From a virus (lineage: Duplodnaviria > Caudoviricetes), in IMG/VR virus record IMGVR_UViG_3300002307_000142, positions 1-34,142 of that record: a stretch of DNA of 34,142 bases. One strand, given 5' to 3'. Position 1 is the first letter of the stretch, and each line of letters opens with the position of its first letter. Below the pieces are notes generated by a model. That model ran no database searches, was not told where the DNA came from, and saw nothing but the letters and a program-made list of their open reading frames with translations. The position numbers and the translations under genes are program-made. Positions 24,122-33,161 of this stretch are shown piece after piece.

Positions 24122-24550
24122 ATGGCTATCATGTCAAAACCCTCCAAGGGCGCGCGGCGGCTGGCCGAACAGTTCATGCTCCGCCTTCCCGACGGCATGC
24201 GCGACTGCATCGCCGAGGCCGCCCAGGCCAACAACCGCAGCATGAACGCGGAAATCGTCGCGCGCCTGGAAGCCAGCTTCCGCCTGGGCGGCGGCGCCGA
24301 CGCCCTCAACCCGCTGGGCTTCGGGGCCGACTCGCCCAAGCTGGTGGAACTGATGGCCAAGTTCGCCGAGGCCGTTCAGCAGGCGTCGCAGAACGATGTT
24401 GATGTCACCGTCAGCATCCTGCGCCACCAAAAGCGGGAGGAAGCGGCGCTGGAGGAGCAACTCGCCCGGCAGGGCCTCGATCCGGTTGCCCCCGTTAAGG
24501 TCAAGTCCATCAAAACCAGCGTCACCCGGCGCGCCAGGCGCGAGAAGTAG
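24122..24550 (+). CDS. Arc/Mnt-family repressor with C-terminal extension
   Basis: EQFMLRLPDGMRDCIAEAAQANNRSMNAEIVARLEASF; start could be 24131. Confidence 0.88.
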   Translation: MAIMSKPSKGARRLAEQFMLRLPDGMRDCIAEAAQANNRSMNAEIVARLEASFRLGGGADALNPLGFGADSPKLVELMAKFAEAVQQASQNDVDVTVSILRHQKREEAALEEQLARQGLDPVAPVKVKSIKTSVTRRARREK

Positions 24551-24606
24551 CGCACGCCCTCACCTGTCGTTACGCTCGCCCCTTTCGCAACGGCACGGAG
24601 GCCCAA

Positions 24607-24801
24607 ATGCGCTTGATCCTCGCCATCATACTGCCCTGGCTGACCTTCTTCACTATAGGCCGGCCCATCGCTGGCTTCGTCTGCCTTCTCCTTCAGTTCA
24701 CCCTCATCGGGTGGCTGCCGGCCTCGCTCTGGGCCGTCTATGCCCTCGGCCAGCACAAGACGGACAAGAAGATCGAAAAGGCGCTTGCTGCCCAGCGATA
24801 G
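24607..24801 (+). CDS. YqaE/Pmp3-family small membrane protein (moron)
   Basis: RLILAIILPW...CLLLQFTLIGWLPASLWAVY Pmp3 pattern; GGAGG RBS. Confidence 0.85.
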   Translation: MRLILAIILPWLTFFTIGRPIAGFVCLLLQFTLIGWLPASLWAVYALGQHKTDKKIEKALAAQR

Positions 24802-24809
24802 GCCGCCCC

Positions 24810-25370
24810 TCAATCGCTCGGCGCCAGAAACCGCAGCGGCATGAACAGCGGGTTCTCCGGGTCGGCCAGCGCAATCAGCTCATCCGCCCGGCTGCCGTCG
24901 CCGTACAGCCGCGCGGCCTGCACCACCGCCGGCAGCGCTGCCGGCGTCTGCACCTGCTTCAGCTTGGGCAGCGCCAGGGCGCGGCCGGTCAGGTCATCGA
25001 ACACCGCCAGCCGCAGCGCCCGCAGCGCCGCGGCAGCGCCGGCGTCGCCGGCATCCGCCGCAGTCAGCTCTTCGTTCGCCATCAGCTCGCAGGCCAGGTC
25101 GCGCAGCGCCAGCGCGGCATCCGCCGTGGGCGGCGCGCTGGCCGCGCAAGCCCGCCCCAGCGCCGCCAGGGCAGCCCGGCGGCACAGTGCCGCCCCTGCC
25201 GCCGCAGCCGCGTCTATCGCCTGCGCCAGCAGGCCGTTGCCGGCGGTGGGCGGGGCCGGCAGCACGGCCAGCCTGGCCAGCAGCCGCGCTTGGTCCCGGG
25301 GGTCATCCGCTGCCGCCAGCACCGCCGCGGCCAACGCCTGCACGCCATCGGCCAGATCGGCGGCGCTCAT
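24810..25370 (-). CDS. C-terminal part of Mu gpN-like DNA circularisation/tail protein
   Basis: LPAVVQAARLYGDGSRADELIALADPENPLFMP; ATGA overlap with the N-terminal gene. Confidence 0.8.
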   Translation of the reverse strand: MSAADLADGVQALAAAVLAAADDPRDQARLLARLAVLPAPPTAGNGLLAQAIDAAAAAGAALCRRAALAALGRACAASAPPTADAALALRDLACELMANEELTAADAGDAGAAAALRALRLAVFDDLTGRALALPKLKQVQTPAALPAVVQAARLYGDGSRADELIALADPENPLFMPLRFLAPSD

Positions 25371-26122
25371 AGCCCCGCCCCCAGCCGATTTACCAGGGAA
25401 GCCACCGTCACCACCGCGCCACGGGCCGCGTTGGCAGCGCCTATCGCCTGGCCAACCGTGGTGTACCCGGCGTTCAAGCCGATGCGCCAACCCCTGGCGT
25501 AGCGGCCAAGGGTGAACCCCGCTGGGGCTACCAGCGCGCCCACGGCGCGCACCACCCGGGCCGCGTCACTGACCACGGCCACGGCGGTGCGCGCCCAGCC
25601 GTTGACCACGCCGGCCACGGACACCTTCGCCGGCAAGCCCTTCGTCAGGGGGTCTTTCGTATCGCCCACGAAGGCCTCCTTGGAAGCCTGGTCCAGGTTG
25701 TCGGCCTCGGCCGTCACCTTGGCCGGCGTGTCGCGCCTTGCGGTCGGGTACAAGCGCTCGCCGGCGGCCACGAAACCGAACTTGAGCTCCACCACCCGCC
25801 CGGCATCCCAGCGGGTAGACGTGCCGAAGGCCACGCACACAACCTTCATCACGCCCAGCGTCGGGTGCACCAGCTCGCCGGGCCCGGACTTGCGGCACAC
25901 GGCGATCATTTCCTGCTGCTGCTTCAGCACGTCGTCGCCGGCCAGGAAGCCAGCCACGGTGAAGCTGTTGCTGCCGCCGCCCAGGTCTTCCACCCACACG
26001 GTCTCGCGCTTCGGGTAGCTGTGCACCGCCGTCGCGCGGGAAAAGTCGCTGTCCTCGCTGCGGACCTTGAAGGGCATGCCGCGCCAGGATGCCGGGCGGA
26101 TGTTGTCTTCCGCCCAGGTCAT
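25367..26122 (-). CDS. N-terminal part of Mu gpN-like DNA circularisation protein
   Basis: RPASWRGMPFKV...HSYPKRETVWVEDLG...GPGELVHPTLG. Confidence 0.9.
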   Translation of the reverse strand: MTWAEDNIRPASWRGMPFKVRSEDSDFSRATAVHSYPKRETVWVEDLGGGSNSFTVAGFLAGDDVLKQQQEMIAVCRKSGPGELVHPTLGVMKVVCVAFGTSTRWDAGRVVELKFGFVAAGERLYPTARRDTPAKVTAEADNLDQASKEAFVGDTKDPLTKGLPAKVSVAGVVNGWARTAVAVVSDAARVVRAVGALVAPAGFTLGRYARGWRIGLNAGYTTVGQAIGAANAARGAVVTVASLVNRLGAGL

Positions 26123-27867
26123 GGCGCGTTGCCCGGCATGGCGTGCTGAATGTTGGGCGGCTGCGCCACCACGGAACCGGTGGTCGCCACCTGCGCCGTA
26201 GTGCCGCGCGGCGCGTTGCCGATATCCAGCCTCACGCGCACGTCGCCCAGCAGCATGGTATGCGGCTGCAATGCACCGGCGGCGGCCAGTGGCTGCATTG
26301 CCGGCGCCGTCGCGCCTGGCTGCTGCGCCATGGCTACGCCGCGGCTCAGCACGTCTTGTGGCTGCACCCTGCCCTCCTGGCGGAAGATCGCCCGCATCAC
26401 GTCCTGTATGCGCGCGGGGTCAACACGTTGGTCCGGCCCAATGCCGGTCCAGGACGAGACGTTGCGGATATAGGCGGCGGTGTTGTTCTCGTTGGGCGGC
26501 GCCCAGCGAGAGATCAGGTCGCTCAGCGTGCCGGGGCCGCGGCTCAGGTGCGTCAACGCCAGTGCGGTGGCCGCGCGCACGCCATGTTCCGGCGTGGCGA
26601 AGGAAGCGAACCCGCTGGTGGCCATGGGGTTGGTCAGGCCACGCCATTGGTTGGCCGGGTTCGCCCGGATGTTGCCGGGGTTGTTGGCGCCGCCGCGCGT
26701 CGGCCCACTGCTTGGTTGGGCCGCCCCGCCGCCAAGGGAAGGCGCGCCCAGCGTGGGCACCGCACCGCCATAATCGCTTGCGGTCGGGCCTGTGCCGGGC
26801 CGGCCGCGCATCCAGCTCGGCATCGTCGCCATGCGGTCTATGCCACGGAACACCCGCGCGACGGATTCTGCCGCCCGGGCCAGGCTGCCCGCGATCTTGT
26901 CAACCTTGGCGCTGATCTCGTCCCAGTTGGTTTCGTTCAGCCAGTCGGAAAGCTGCTTGGCCCAGTCATGCACCCGGCCGGCGCTGACGTTGCGCTCTAT
27001 CCACGTCGTCAGCTTCTCGGTCACCGTCGCCAACCCCGGCGCCAGCCGCTCGGCCAGGCTGGAGGTCAGGCCGGTAATCGCCAGCCCGGCGCCGGCCATG
27101 GCCTCGCGCTGGCGCTCCTGCAACTGCGCGGTGCGCTCGGTCACCGGGTTCAGCCGCGCCGCCCGCTCCTGGTACTCGCGCAGGCCCGCGCTGCCGCGCC
27201 GCAGCAGGGGCAACAGGTCCTCGGCCGCGCCGCCGAACAGCGCCGTGGCCACGCGCGCCTGCAGGAAGGGGTTGCGGATACCGGCGATCCGGTCGGCCAG
27301 CTCCGGCAGCACATCCGTCACGTCCCGCGCCTCATGCGCGTTCTTGCGGAAGGAGACGCCCAGCAGGTTCAGGTACTGCACGGCCTCCATGTTCCGGCCG
27401 CCCACCGCATCGGTCAGCGTGTCGCCCAGGGTCCGCAGCCCGGTCGTCATGGCCCCGGTGGAGCTGCCGGCCAGCCGGGCCGCGCCTTCCAGCCGGGTCA
27501 GGCTCACGGAGGAGATGCCGATCCGCTGCGCCGCAAAGTTGGCCCGGGCGCCCAGGTCCGCCCAGCCGGAGACCATGCGCGCCATGCCGGCCAGGCTCAG
27601 GCCGCTGGTCAGCGCGCCAATCGCCAGGCTTACGCCGCTGATGCGGCTGCCCAGCGCCGTGGCATGCCCGGCGGCGCTGCTCAGGCCGCGGGCCATCGCC
27701 GGCAGGCCGGTGCGCTCGGCCGTCGCCGCCACTTCCTTGGAAAGCGCGCCAGTCGCCTTCTGCAGCACCGTCACCGGCCGCGTCATCTCGGCCAGGGCCT
27801 TGTTGACCTTGGCAATGGCCTGCGTCGCGGTATCGGTCGCCGTGATCGCAACGCTGTAGCCGGCCAT
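26119..27867 (-). CDS. tape measure protein with C-terminal lysozyme-like domain
   Basis: Position, Ala/Gly-rich helices, NNPGNIR...FATPEHGVRA...ISRWAPPNENNTAAY motif. Confidence 0.8.
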   Translation of the reverse strand: MAGYSVAITATDTATQAIAKVNKALAEMTRPVTVLQKATGALSKEVAATAERTGLPAMARGLSSAAGHATALGSRISGVSLAIGALTSGLSLAGMARMVSGWADLGARANFAAQRIGISSVSLTRLEGAARLAGSSTGAMTTGLRTLGDTLTDAVGGRNMEAVQYLNLLGVSFRKNAHEARDVTDVLPELADRIAGIRNPFLQARVATALFGGAAEDLLPLLRRGSAGLREYQERAARLNPVTERTAQLQERQREAMAGAGLAITGLTSSLAERLAPGLATVTEKLTTWIERNVSAGRVHDWAKQLSDWLNETNWDEISAKVDKIAGSLARAAESVARVFRGIDRMATMPSWMRGRPGTGPTASDYGGAVPTLGAPSLGGGAAQPSSGPTRGGANNPGNIRANPANQWRGLTNPMATSGFASFATPEHGVRAATALALTHLSRGPGTLSDLISRWAPPNENNTAAYIRNVSSWTGIGPDQRVDPARIQDVMRAIFRQEGRVQPQDVLSRGVAMAQQPGATAPAMQPLAAAGALQPHTMLLGDVRVRLDIGNAPRGTTAQVATTGSVVAQPPNIQHAMPGNAP

Positions 27868-27870
27868 CGG

Positions 27871-28086
27871 TCATTCCCCCAGCGGCGGCGCCGCGCGTGC
27901 CGCGGCCCGCCGCGCCCAGCGCAGCAGCTGCGTCATGGTCAGGTCGTAGGCCGCCAGGGGTTCCCAGCCGAAGGCGGCGCCCAGGGCCTCGGCCTTGTCG
28001 CGCCAGTCCTCCGGCCAGCCGGCGGGCAGCGCCCGCCACCCCGGAAGCACCAGGCGCTTCAGCGGGCCGAGGCCGCCTGAAAACCC
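27871..28086 (-). CDS. -1 frameshift extension of the tail assembly chaperone (gpGT/GpE'-like)
   Basis: G GGT TTT slippery heptamer at 28080-28086. The -1 frame is open to TGA 27871 and encodes ALGAAFGWEPLAAYDLTMTQLLRW. Confidence 0.8.
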   Translation of the reverse strand, partial: GFSGGLGPLKRLVLPGWRALPAGWPEDWRDKAEALGAAFGWEPLAAYDLTMTQLLRWARRAAARAAPPLGE

Positions 28087-28595
28087 AGCAGGAAGTCCAG
28101 CGCCACCCGGCCGGCCGAAACCGGCAGCGCCCGCGCCTGCACCTCGTTCAGGTTGGAGCTGGCGCCGATCAGCACGGCCATGAAGGCGAAGGGGTGCATC
28201 TGCTGCTGCGCCCGGTCCATCGCGCCCAGCGTCGGCTCGCGCAGCCGCAGCACGTCCACCTCGGCCATGCCCTTCAGCGCCAGCGGCGGGTCCAGCGGCA
28301 GCTCCCGCGTGGCACCCCCGGCCTGCCCCTCGGGCGGCTCGGCCCCGGCCGGCAGGAAGGTGGCGAAATAGGCATTCGCCGCCGCCGCGATGGAGGCCGG
28401 CACGCTGCGCGCCGCCAGCTTCGGCACGCCGGCAATCCGCTCGATCAGCACGGCGGTCCCGGCATGCTCGGTCGCCTCGCGGCTGGCGCGGTCCATGTCT
28501 TCCACGGTCGGCTCGCGCAGCTTCAGCTCGCGCAGTTCCAGCCCACCCACCGTCACCGGCGGGTCCAGGGTCAGCGTCAGCGTGTCGCCGGGCAT
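28059..28595 (-). CDS. tail assembly chaperone (Mu gp41-like), tandem duplicated domain
   Basis: LDPPVTVGGLELRELKLREPTVEDMDRA and LDPPLALKGMAEVDVLRLREPTLGAMDRA. Confidence 0.82.
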   Translation of the reverse strand: MPGDTLTLTLDPPVTVGGLELRELKLREPTVEDMDRASREATEHAGTAVLIERIAGVPKLAARSVPASIAAAANAYFATFLPAGAEPPEGQAGGATRELPLDPPLALKGMAEVDVLRLREPTLGAMDRAQQQMHPFAFMAVLIGASSNLNEVQARALPVSAGRVALDFLLGFQAASAR

Positions 28596-28960
28596 CAGAT
28601 GGTTTCCACCAGCATGCTCTCGAAGCGCAGCGGGAAGGTGCCGTCGGTCGTGCTGACCTCGGGCGGCGCCCCCACCTGCCACATGTTGCTGCCGGAGATC
28701 ATCTTCCCGTTGGCCAGCCGCGCCACCACCTGCACGTCAACCGCGGCGTTGAAGATCGCCACGTCCACATCGCCCAGGTCGGCGAACTTGCCGGCGATGT
28801 AGCCCTGCTTCGGCATCTCGCCATAGTCGGCGCTGCCATCCTGGCCAACCAGCGTGGTGCGCTCCACGCCGGAGAGGCCGTATTCCAGCTCGCCGCGCAG
28901 CTGCACCACAACGCCATCCATGGTCACGTCGGCAATGCCGGCGATCCGGGTATTCGCCAT
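28595..28960 (-). CDS. tail tube protein (Mu gpM-like)
   Basis: RIAGIADVTMDG...ERTTLVGQDG...YGEMPKQGYI...LANGK. Confidence 0.88.
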   Translation of the reverse strand: MANTRIAGIADVTMDGVVVQLRGELEYGLSGVERTTLVGQDGSADYGEMPKQGYIAGKFADLGDVDVAIFNAAVDVQVVARLANGKMISGSNMWQVGAPPEVSTTDGTFPLRFESMLVETI

Positions 28961-28984
28961 CGGTCGGGTTCCTTCCTGCGGCTA

Positions 28985-30529
28985 TCAGCGGGAGATGCTG
29001 GAGGCGTTGCGCAGCTGGCCCAGCACGGCCACCTGCTCCAGCTGGTCGATCGGCACGATCGGGTACAGCAGATCCACGCGGTTCCGCACGCCGGGGTGGC
29101 GCGCCGCCTTCGCGGTGGCCTTGAAGCCGGCGACATCCTGCACAATGCCCAGCGCCCGCGCCTGGTAGCCATAGCGGCCCACCGCATCCGCCAGCACATG
29201 CGCCGCGGTGGTGATGCGCGCGCCGGGCGGCAACGGGTCGCCATCCTCCACCAGCTTGAAGCGCGCGTACTTGGTCTCGATGTAGTTCCGCAGGTCGCGG
29301 ATCGAGGCCATGTAGCAATAGCGCCGCTGCACGTTCAGCCAACTGTCGTCCGGCTGGCCCTGCGCATTGGTCTGGTAGGTGGTGATCGCCCGCTCGATCA
29401 GCACCTTGTTGTCGGTGCTGACGGTGTAGGTGGAGATGCCGTCGTGCAGCAGCGTGTCGCGGTCGGTCTTGGCGTCGCGGTCGCGTGGCAGCGGCGGCAG
29501 CACGTTCAGCGCCACGCCGTTGTTGAACGGCAGGCCCGGGTCCGCGCGCAGGCTAACCGCAGCGGCAGCGCAGTATTCCGCCGCCCACAGGAAGCTCGGC
29601 TCCGGCGCCCCATAGAACCCCATCATCGAATGGCCAGGGTCGTTGCGCCCGGTGCCGAAGCTGGTGCGGGCGGAGAGCGTGCCGCGATAAGCACCGAAGC
29701 CGCCGCCGTACAGCATGGAGAGGTAGCTCCACGTCGTCCCCAGGTAGCTCTGCAGCGCGTTCAGGTTGGTGCTGTCGGTGTAGGGCATGGCGATGAAGTC
29801 GAAGCGCTGATCGCCCAGCGTTGCCAGGGCCGTGGTAATCGTCGGGTTGCCAGCGCCGCCGGTCAGCATGCTGGCGCCGCTGGTCCAGGCGGTACCGGTG
29901 CGCGTCACCGTCAGCCCGGGCGGCGTCTGCTCGCTGGTGTCGCCGGTCAGTTGCGACATGAAGTTGGGAAACATCACCAGGTCGCCGGCATCGGCGCCCT
30001 TGTGCTTGGCGGTGTAGTTCACCTTGCTGGTGATGCTGCCATCCACCGCGGCCGTCAGTAGCAGGTCGGTCACGGCATTGACGGCGGCGGCCCAGGCCGT
30101 GGCCAGGTTCGCCGTCGTCTGCGTCGGCAGTACCGGCATCTGCACGCGCTGGCCGCCCAGGTACTCGCTGAACGTGCCGGCGGAGGTGGCGGCAGCGGTG
30201 AAGGTCATGCTGCCGGTCGCGGCGGTGCCGCTGCCATTGTCGGCCAGCGGCAGCACGTACAGCGTGCCCAGCGGGTCGCTCTTGCGGTACTGCGCCACCA
30301 TCAGCGCCGCCATGCTGCCGGGGCCGAAGGCGGTCTTGGCCCAGGCAACGCCCTGGCACAGCACCAGCTGGCCGGCCGTGGCGGTGCCCGCGCTGGTCAT
30401 CTGCGCGATGATCAGCGCCGGCTGGTTGCCGCTGCCAAGGTTGGCGCCGCTGGCGTCCGTCTCGGCGAAGAAGAACGGAATGCGAAGCGTGTTCGGGATC
30501 TGCTGGAACGGAATCGTGCTGCCGGACAT
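28985..30529 (-). CDS. tail sheath protein (Mu gpL-like)
   Basis: IPFQQIPNTLRIPFFFAE...FGPGSMAALM...LLHDGIST...IERAITTYQTNAQGQPDDSWL. Confidence 0.95.
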   Translation of the reverse strand: MSGSTIPFQQIPNTLRIPFFFAETDASGANLGSGNQPALIIAQMTSAGTATAGQLVLCQGVAWAKTAFGPGSMAALMVAQYRKSDPLGTLYVLPLADNGSGTAATGSMTFTAAATSAGTFSEYLGGQRVQMPVLPTQTTANLATAWAAAVNAVTDLLLTAAVDGSITSKVNYTAKHKGADAGDLVMFPNFMSQLTGDTSEQTPPGLTVTRTGTAWTSGASMLTGGAGNPTITTALATLGDQRFDFIAMPYTDSTNLNALQSYLGTTWSYLSMLYGGGFGAYRGTLSARTSFGTGRNDPGHSMMGFYGAPEPSFLWAAEYCAAAAVSLRADPGLPFNNGVALNVLPPLPRDRDAKTDRDTLLHDGISTYTVSTDNKVLIERAITTYQTNAQGQPDDSWLNVQRRYCYMASIRDLRNYIETKYARFKLVEDGDPLPPGARITTAAHVLADAVGRYGYQARALGIVQDVAGFKATAKAARHPGVRNRVDLLYPIVPIDQLEQVAVLGQLRNASSISR

Positions 30530-30532
30530 GGC

Positions 30533-30787
30533 TTACTCCTTCGTCTCGGCCTGGGTTTCGGCCGCCGGTTCGGCGGGCACCGACGGGTCGGCCTCCACCA
30601 CGTCGCCATCGGCAATGCGCCGCAGCCAGTAGCCGCTTTCCGGCACCAGCCGGCCCTCGGGCGGCAGCAAGTCGCGCAGGTCGGGGTCGCGCACCTGCAC
30701 CGTGGCCAGGCCGCGCGCCTTCAGGTCTTCTGCGAGGGCATCATGCCGCCCGCGGAGGGCGTCGAGGCCCACCGGCTTCACGTACAT
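30533..30787 (-). CDS. DUF2635 (Mu gp38-like) protein
   Basis: MYVKP...VRDPDLRDLLPPEGRLVPESGYWLRRIADGDVV. Confidence 0.85.
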   Translation of the reverse strand: MYVKPVGLDALRGRHDALAEDLKARGLATVQVRDPDLRDLLPPEGRLVPESGYWLRRIADGDVVEADPSVPAEPAAETQAETKE

Positions 30788-30803
30788 CGGCTTGCTCCTG
30801 GGG

Positions 30804-31361
30804 TTAGCTCTGCGGAACCGTGATCAGGGCCTCAAGGCCGCTGTTCGGGTCGGTGACATCCACCTGCTCAAGGCTCTCGACCGGCGCTTGCCAGCCATCG
30901 GCATCGCTGAACTGCACGTCCAGCGCATAGGTCCAGCGGTAGAGGAAGCGGACGCGGTCGCTGTCCAGGTAATCGCCGCCGGCCAGCCAGAATCCGCGCG
31001 CCCCTCGGGTTGGCTGCGCATCATCCGGCATCACCGGCGGGCGCCAGCCAGCCAGCGCGGCATAGATCTGCCGCATCACGCCATCCAGGTTCTCGGAACT
31101 GGCCTGGCCGCGCCGGTCGTTGGCTAGGTCGGTGCTGTTCTCCAGCACCACCACCACGCCCACGCGCTCGGTCATCCGCTGCCACACGCCCGTCTGGGCG
31201 CCGTCGCCATCGGTTTCCAGGTCCTCCGGCACCACATAGGCGGCCGGAACGTCCAGGAAGCCCTCGTCGCGCGCCTTGCCCCACTCGGCGGCACCGGCCA
31301 CCCGGCCGCCGAACATCGGGCAGCGGTCCCGCAGCGCCGCCACCACGGCCGGATAGTTCAT
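30804..31361 (-). CDS. tail terminator-like protein
   Basis: LRDRCPMFGGRVAGAAEW...PAAYVVP...IYAALAGWRP; position before the sheath. Confidence 0.75.
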   Translation of the reverse strand: MNYPAVVAALRDRCPMFGGRVAGAAEWGKARDEGFLDVPAAYVVPEDLETDGDGAQTGVWQRMTERVGVVVVLENSTDLANDRRGQASSENLDGVMRQIYAALAGWRPPVMPDDAQPTRGARGFWLAGGDYLDSDRVRFLYRWTYALDVQFSDADGWQAPVESLEQVDVTDPNSGLEALITVPQS

Positions 31362-31864
31362 TGCCCGACCTTCCGCAGCCTGATGCCGCTGGCCAGCGCC
31401 TCGGCCACGCGGTCGCCGAGGGAGGCGGTGTCGCTACGTTCCAGGGCCGTGGAAAGGAACGGCCGCGGCGCCAGCAGCCGGCCACCAGTGGGGGCGCCGC
31501 GCTTGTTGCGCTGCCCCTTCACGCCCTTTTTGCCGCTGCCGCGGCCGCCGCGGGCGCCGCCTTCCAGGAACAGCGCGTAGAACACGGGGTCGCGCAACGC
31601 CACGCCGTCGCCGCTGCGGAACACGCGAACGCGGATGCTCGCCGCCAGCTGCCCGCTGCGCTTGGCTGGCGCCGCGCCTGGGGCGGAGGCTTTGTACTTC
31701 CGCCCGTTGAACCAGTAGGTGCGGCCAGCGCCCTCGCCGGCTTTCAGCAGGATGCGCGCCTGGCGGGCCACTTCGTTGCCGGCGGCGCGCATCACCGCGC
31801 GCTTCGCCTTGCGGTCCAGCGTCACCCGCAGGCCCAGCGGCACCTGCACCTTCAGCCGGATCAT
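31358..31864 (-). CDS. HK97 gp10-like neck/tail completion protein
   Basis: ASAPGAAPAKRSGQLAASI...FYALFLEGG...LAPRPFLSTALE. Confidence 0.75.
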   Translation of the reverse strand: MIRLKVQVPLGLRVTLDRKAKRAVMRAAGNEVARQARILLKAGEGAGRTYWFNGRKYKASAPGAAPAKRSGQLAASIRVRVFRSGDGVALRDPVFYALFLEGGARGGRGSGKKGVKGQRNKRGAPTGGRLLAPRPFLSTALERSDTASLGDRVAEALASGIRLRKVGQ

Positions 31865-32238
31865 GCCACCACCCTGTTGACTTGCTCGGCCTCGATGTTG
31901 AGGAAGCGCTTGCGCCCATCCAGGTCGTTGAGCCGGCGAATGCGGTAGATCTCGGTCAGCGTTCCGCCATCCGGTGCCGTGGTCACCCGCTGCACCTGGC
32001 AGCGCTGGTCCAAGTCATCGCGCCAGCGGATGCGAATGCGGTGCGTCACCGGCTCATCCGTCTGCACGCTGCCGTAGAAGGTCAGCGCCCCAGTCGGCTG
32101 CACGTCGCCCCACACCGTGGCAACCAGCGTCGGCGTCTCGGCAATGCCGGACTGCGCCTCGGCCGGTACCTGGGCGCGGCGGTACAGGCCCAGCCGGTAC
32201 CGCAGCTGGCCGATCCGCGTCTCGCTGAATTCGGCCAT
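31861..32238 (-). CDS. head closure protein (SPP1 gp16-like)
   Basis: IGQLRYRLGLYRR...VATVWGDVQP...THRIRIRWR...LDGRKRFLNIEAE. Confidence 0.8.
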   Translation of the reverse strand: MAEFSETRIGQLRYRLGLYRRAQVPAEAQSGIAETPTLVATVWGDVQPTGALTFYGSVQTDEPVTHRIRIRWRDDLDQRCQVQRVTTAPDGGTLTEIYRIRRLNDLDGRKRFLNIEAEQVNRVVA

Positions 32239-32894
32239 CAGAATCCGCTCAGCCTGTAAGGCCACAGCAGCGCCTGGGCGGCGGCGGGCAGCTCGGCCGG
32301 GCTGTCGCCGCGGTTCTCCCACAGGTGGGCCATCAGCAGCAGCACCGCCTGGCGGATCGGCATCGGCACGGCGTCGCCGCTGTCGCCATAGCCGGCCGTG
32401 AACTGCACCACCAGGCGCTCCAGCGGGCGCGGCACGCCGGCGGCGACCAGTCGCAGGCGCGCCGGGTCGGTGGCCAGGTCGAGGTCGTAATCGTCGGTGG
32501 TAAGGGTGGTCTCGGTCTCGCCCAGGCCGCCCAGCGTCACGCTGGTCACGCCCTGCACCGGCGCGCGGGGCAGTTCCAGCGTGCCACGCCCCGGCCAGGC
32601 AAACCCCAGCGGCGGCACAATCAGCGACCCGGGCGCCAGCAGCGTGGCGGGCGCCGTCAACGGCACCAGGCCCATGCCTGGCCCCTGGGTCGCGGCGCCG
32701 GGGCCAATGCTCCAGCGCAGCGTCTGCGTGATCAGCACGCGGCCGAGAAAGTTCTCGGCCTGGGCGCGGGCGGCGGCCAGGTAGAAAGCCAGCAGGCCGC
32801 TGTCGTCGCTGTCCACCCGGGCATGCGCGCGGGCCAGCTCGGCGCTCACCGGCTCCACCGCCGGCGGCGTCACCAGGGTGAGCGTGCTGATCAT
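32238..32894 (-). CDS. head-tail connector/adaptor (HK97 gp6-like)
   Basis: TPPAVEPVSAELARAHARVD...FTAGYG...VPMPIRQAVLLLMAHLWENRG...LLWPYR. Confidence 0.88.
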   Translation of the reverse strand: MISTLTLVTPPAVEPVSAELARAHARVDSDDSGLLAFYLAAARAQAENFLGRVLITQTLRWSIGPGAATQGPGMGLVPLTAPATLLAPGSLIVPPLGFAWPGRGTLELPRAPVQGVTSVTLGGLGETETTLTTDDYDLDLATDPARLRLVAAGVPRPLERLVVQFTAGYGDSGDAVPMPIRQAVLLLMAHLWENRGDSPAELPAAAQALLWPYRLSGF

Positions 32895-32903
32895 GGGGCC
32901 GCC

Positions 32904-33161
32904 TTAGTTGGCGGCGCCGGCGCGGAGGGCCGTGGCGATCTGCGCGCCCAGGGTGCCGATGTTGCCCTGGTTCTCCATCGCGGCCAGGCGCCCGGCCTCG
33001 GCCTTGCGGGCGGCCTCCAGCTCCTTCGGCGGAATGGTGTGCTGCTTGGCCGCGCCCTGCACGATCAGGGCGTCCGAGACATCGGGCGGGAAGGCGGCGA
33101 CCTCACCGACGTGGTAGGGCGGCACGCGCTTGGTGAACTGAACGGGGACCGTGGCGGTCAT
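32904..33161 (-). CDS. small head-associated hypothetical protein
   Basis: AAGGA RBS; VQFTKRVPPYHVGEVAAFPPDVSDALIVQGAA. Confidence 0.65.
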   Translation of the reverse strand: MTATVPVQFTKRVPPYHVGEVAAFPPDVSDALIVQGAAKQHTIPPKELEAARKAEAGRLAAMENQGNIGTLGAQIATALRAGAAN

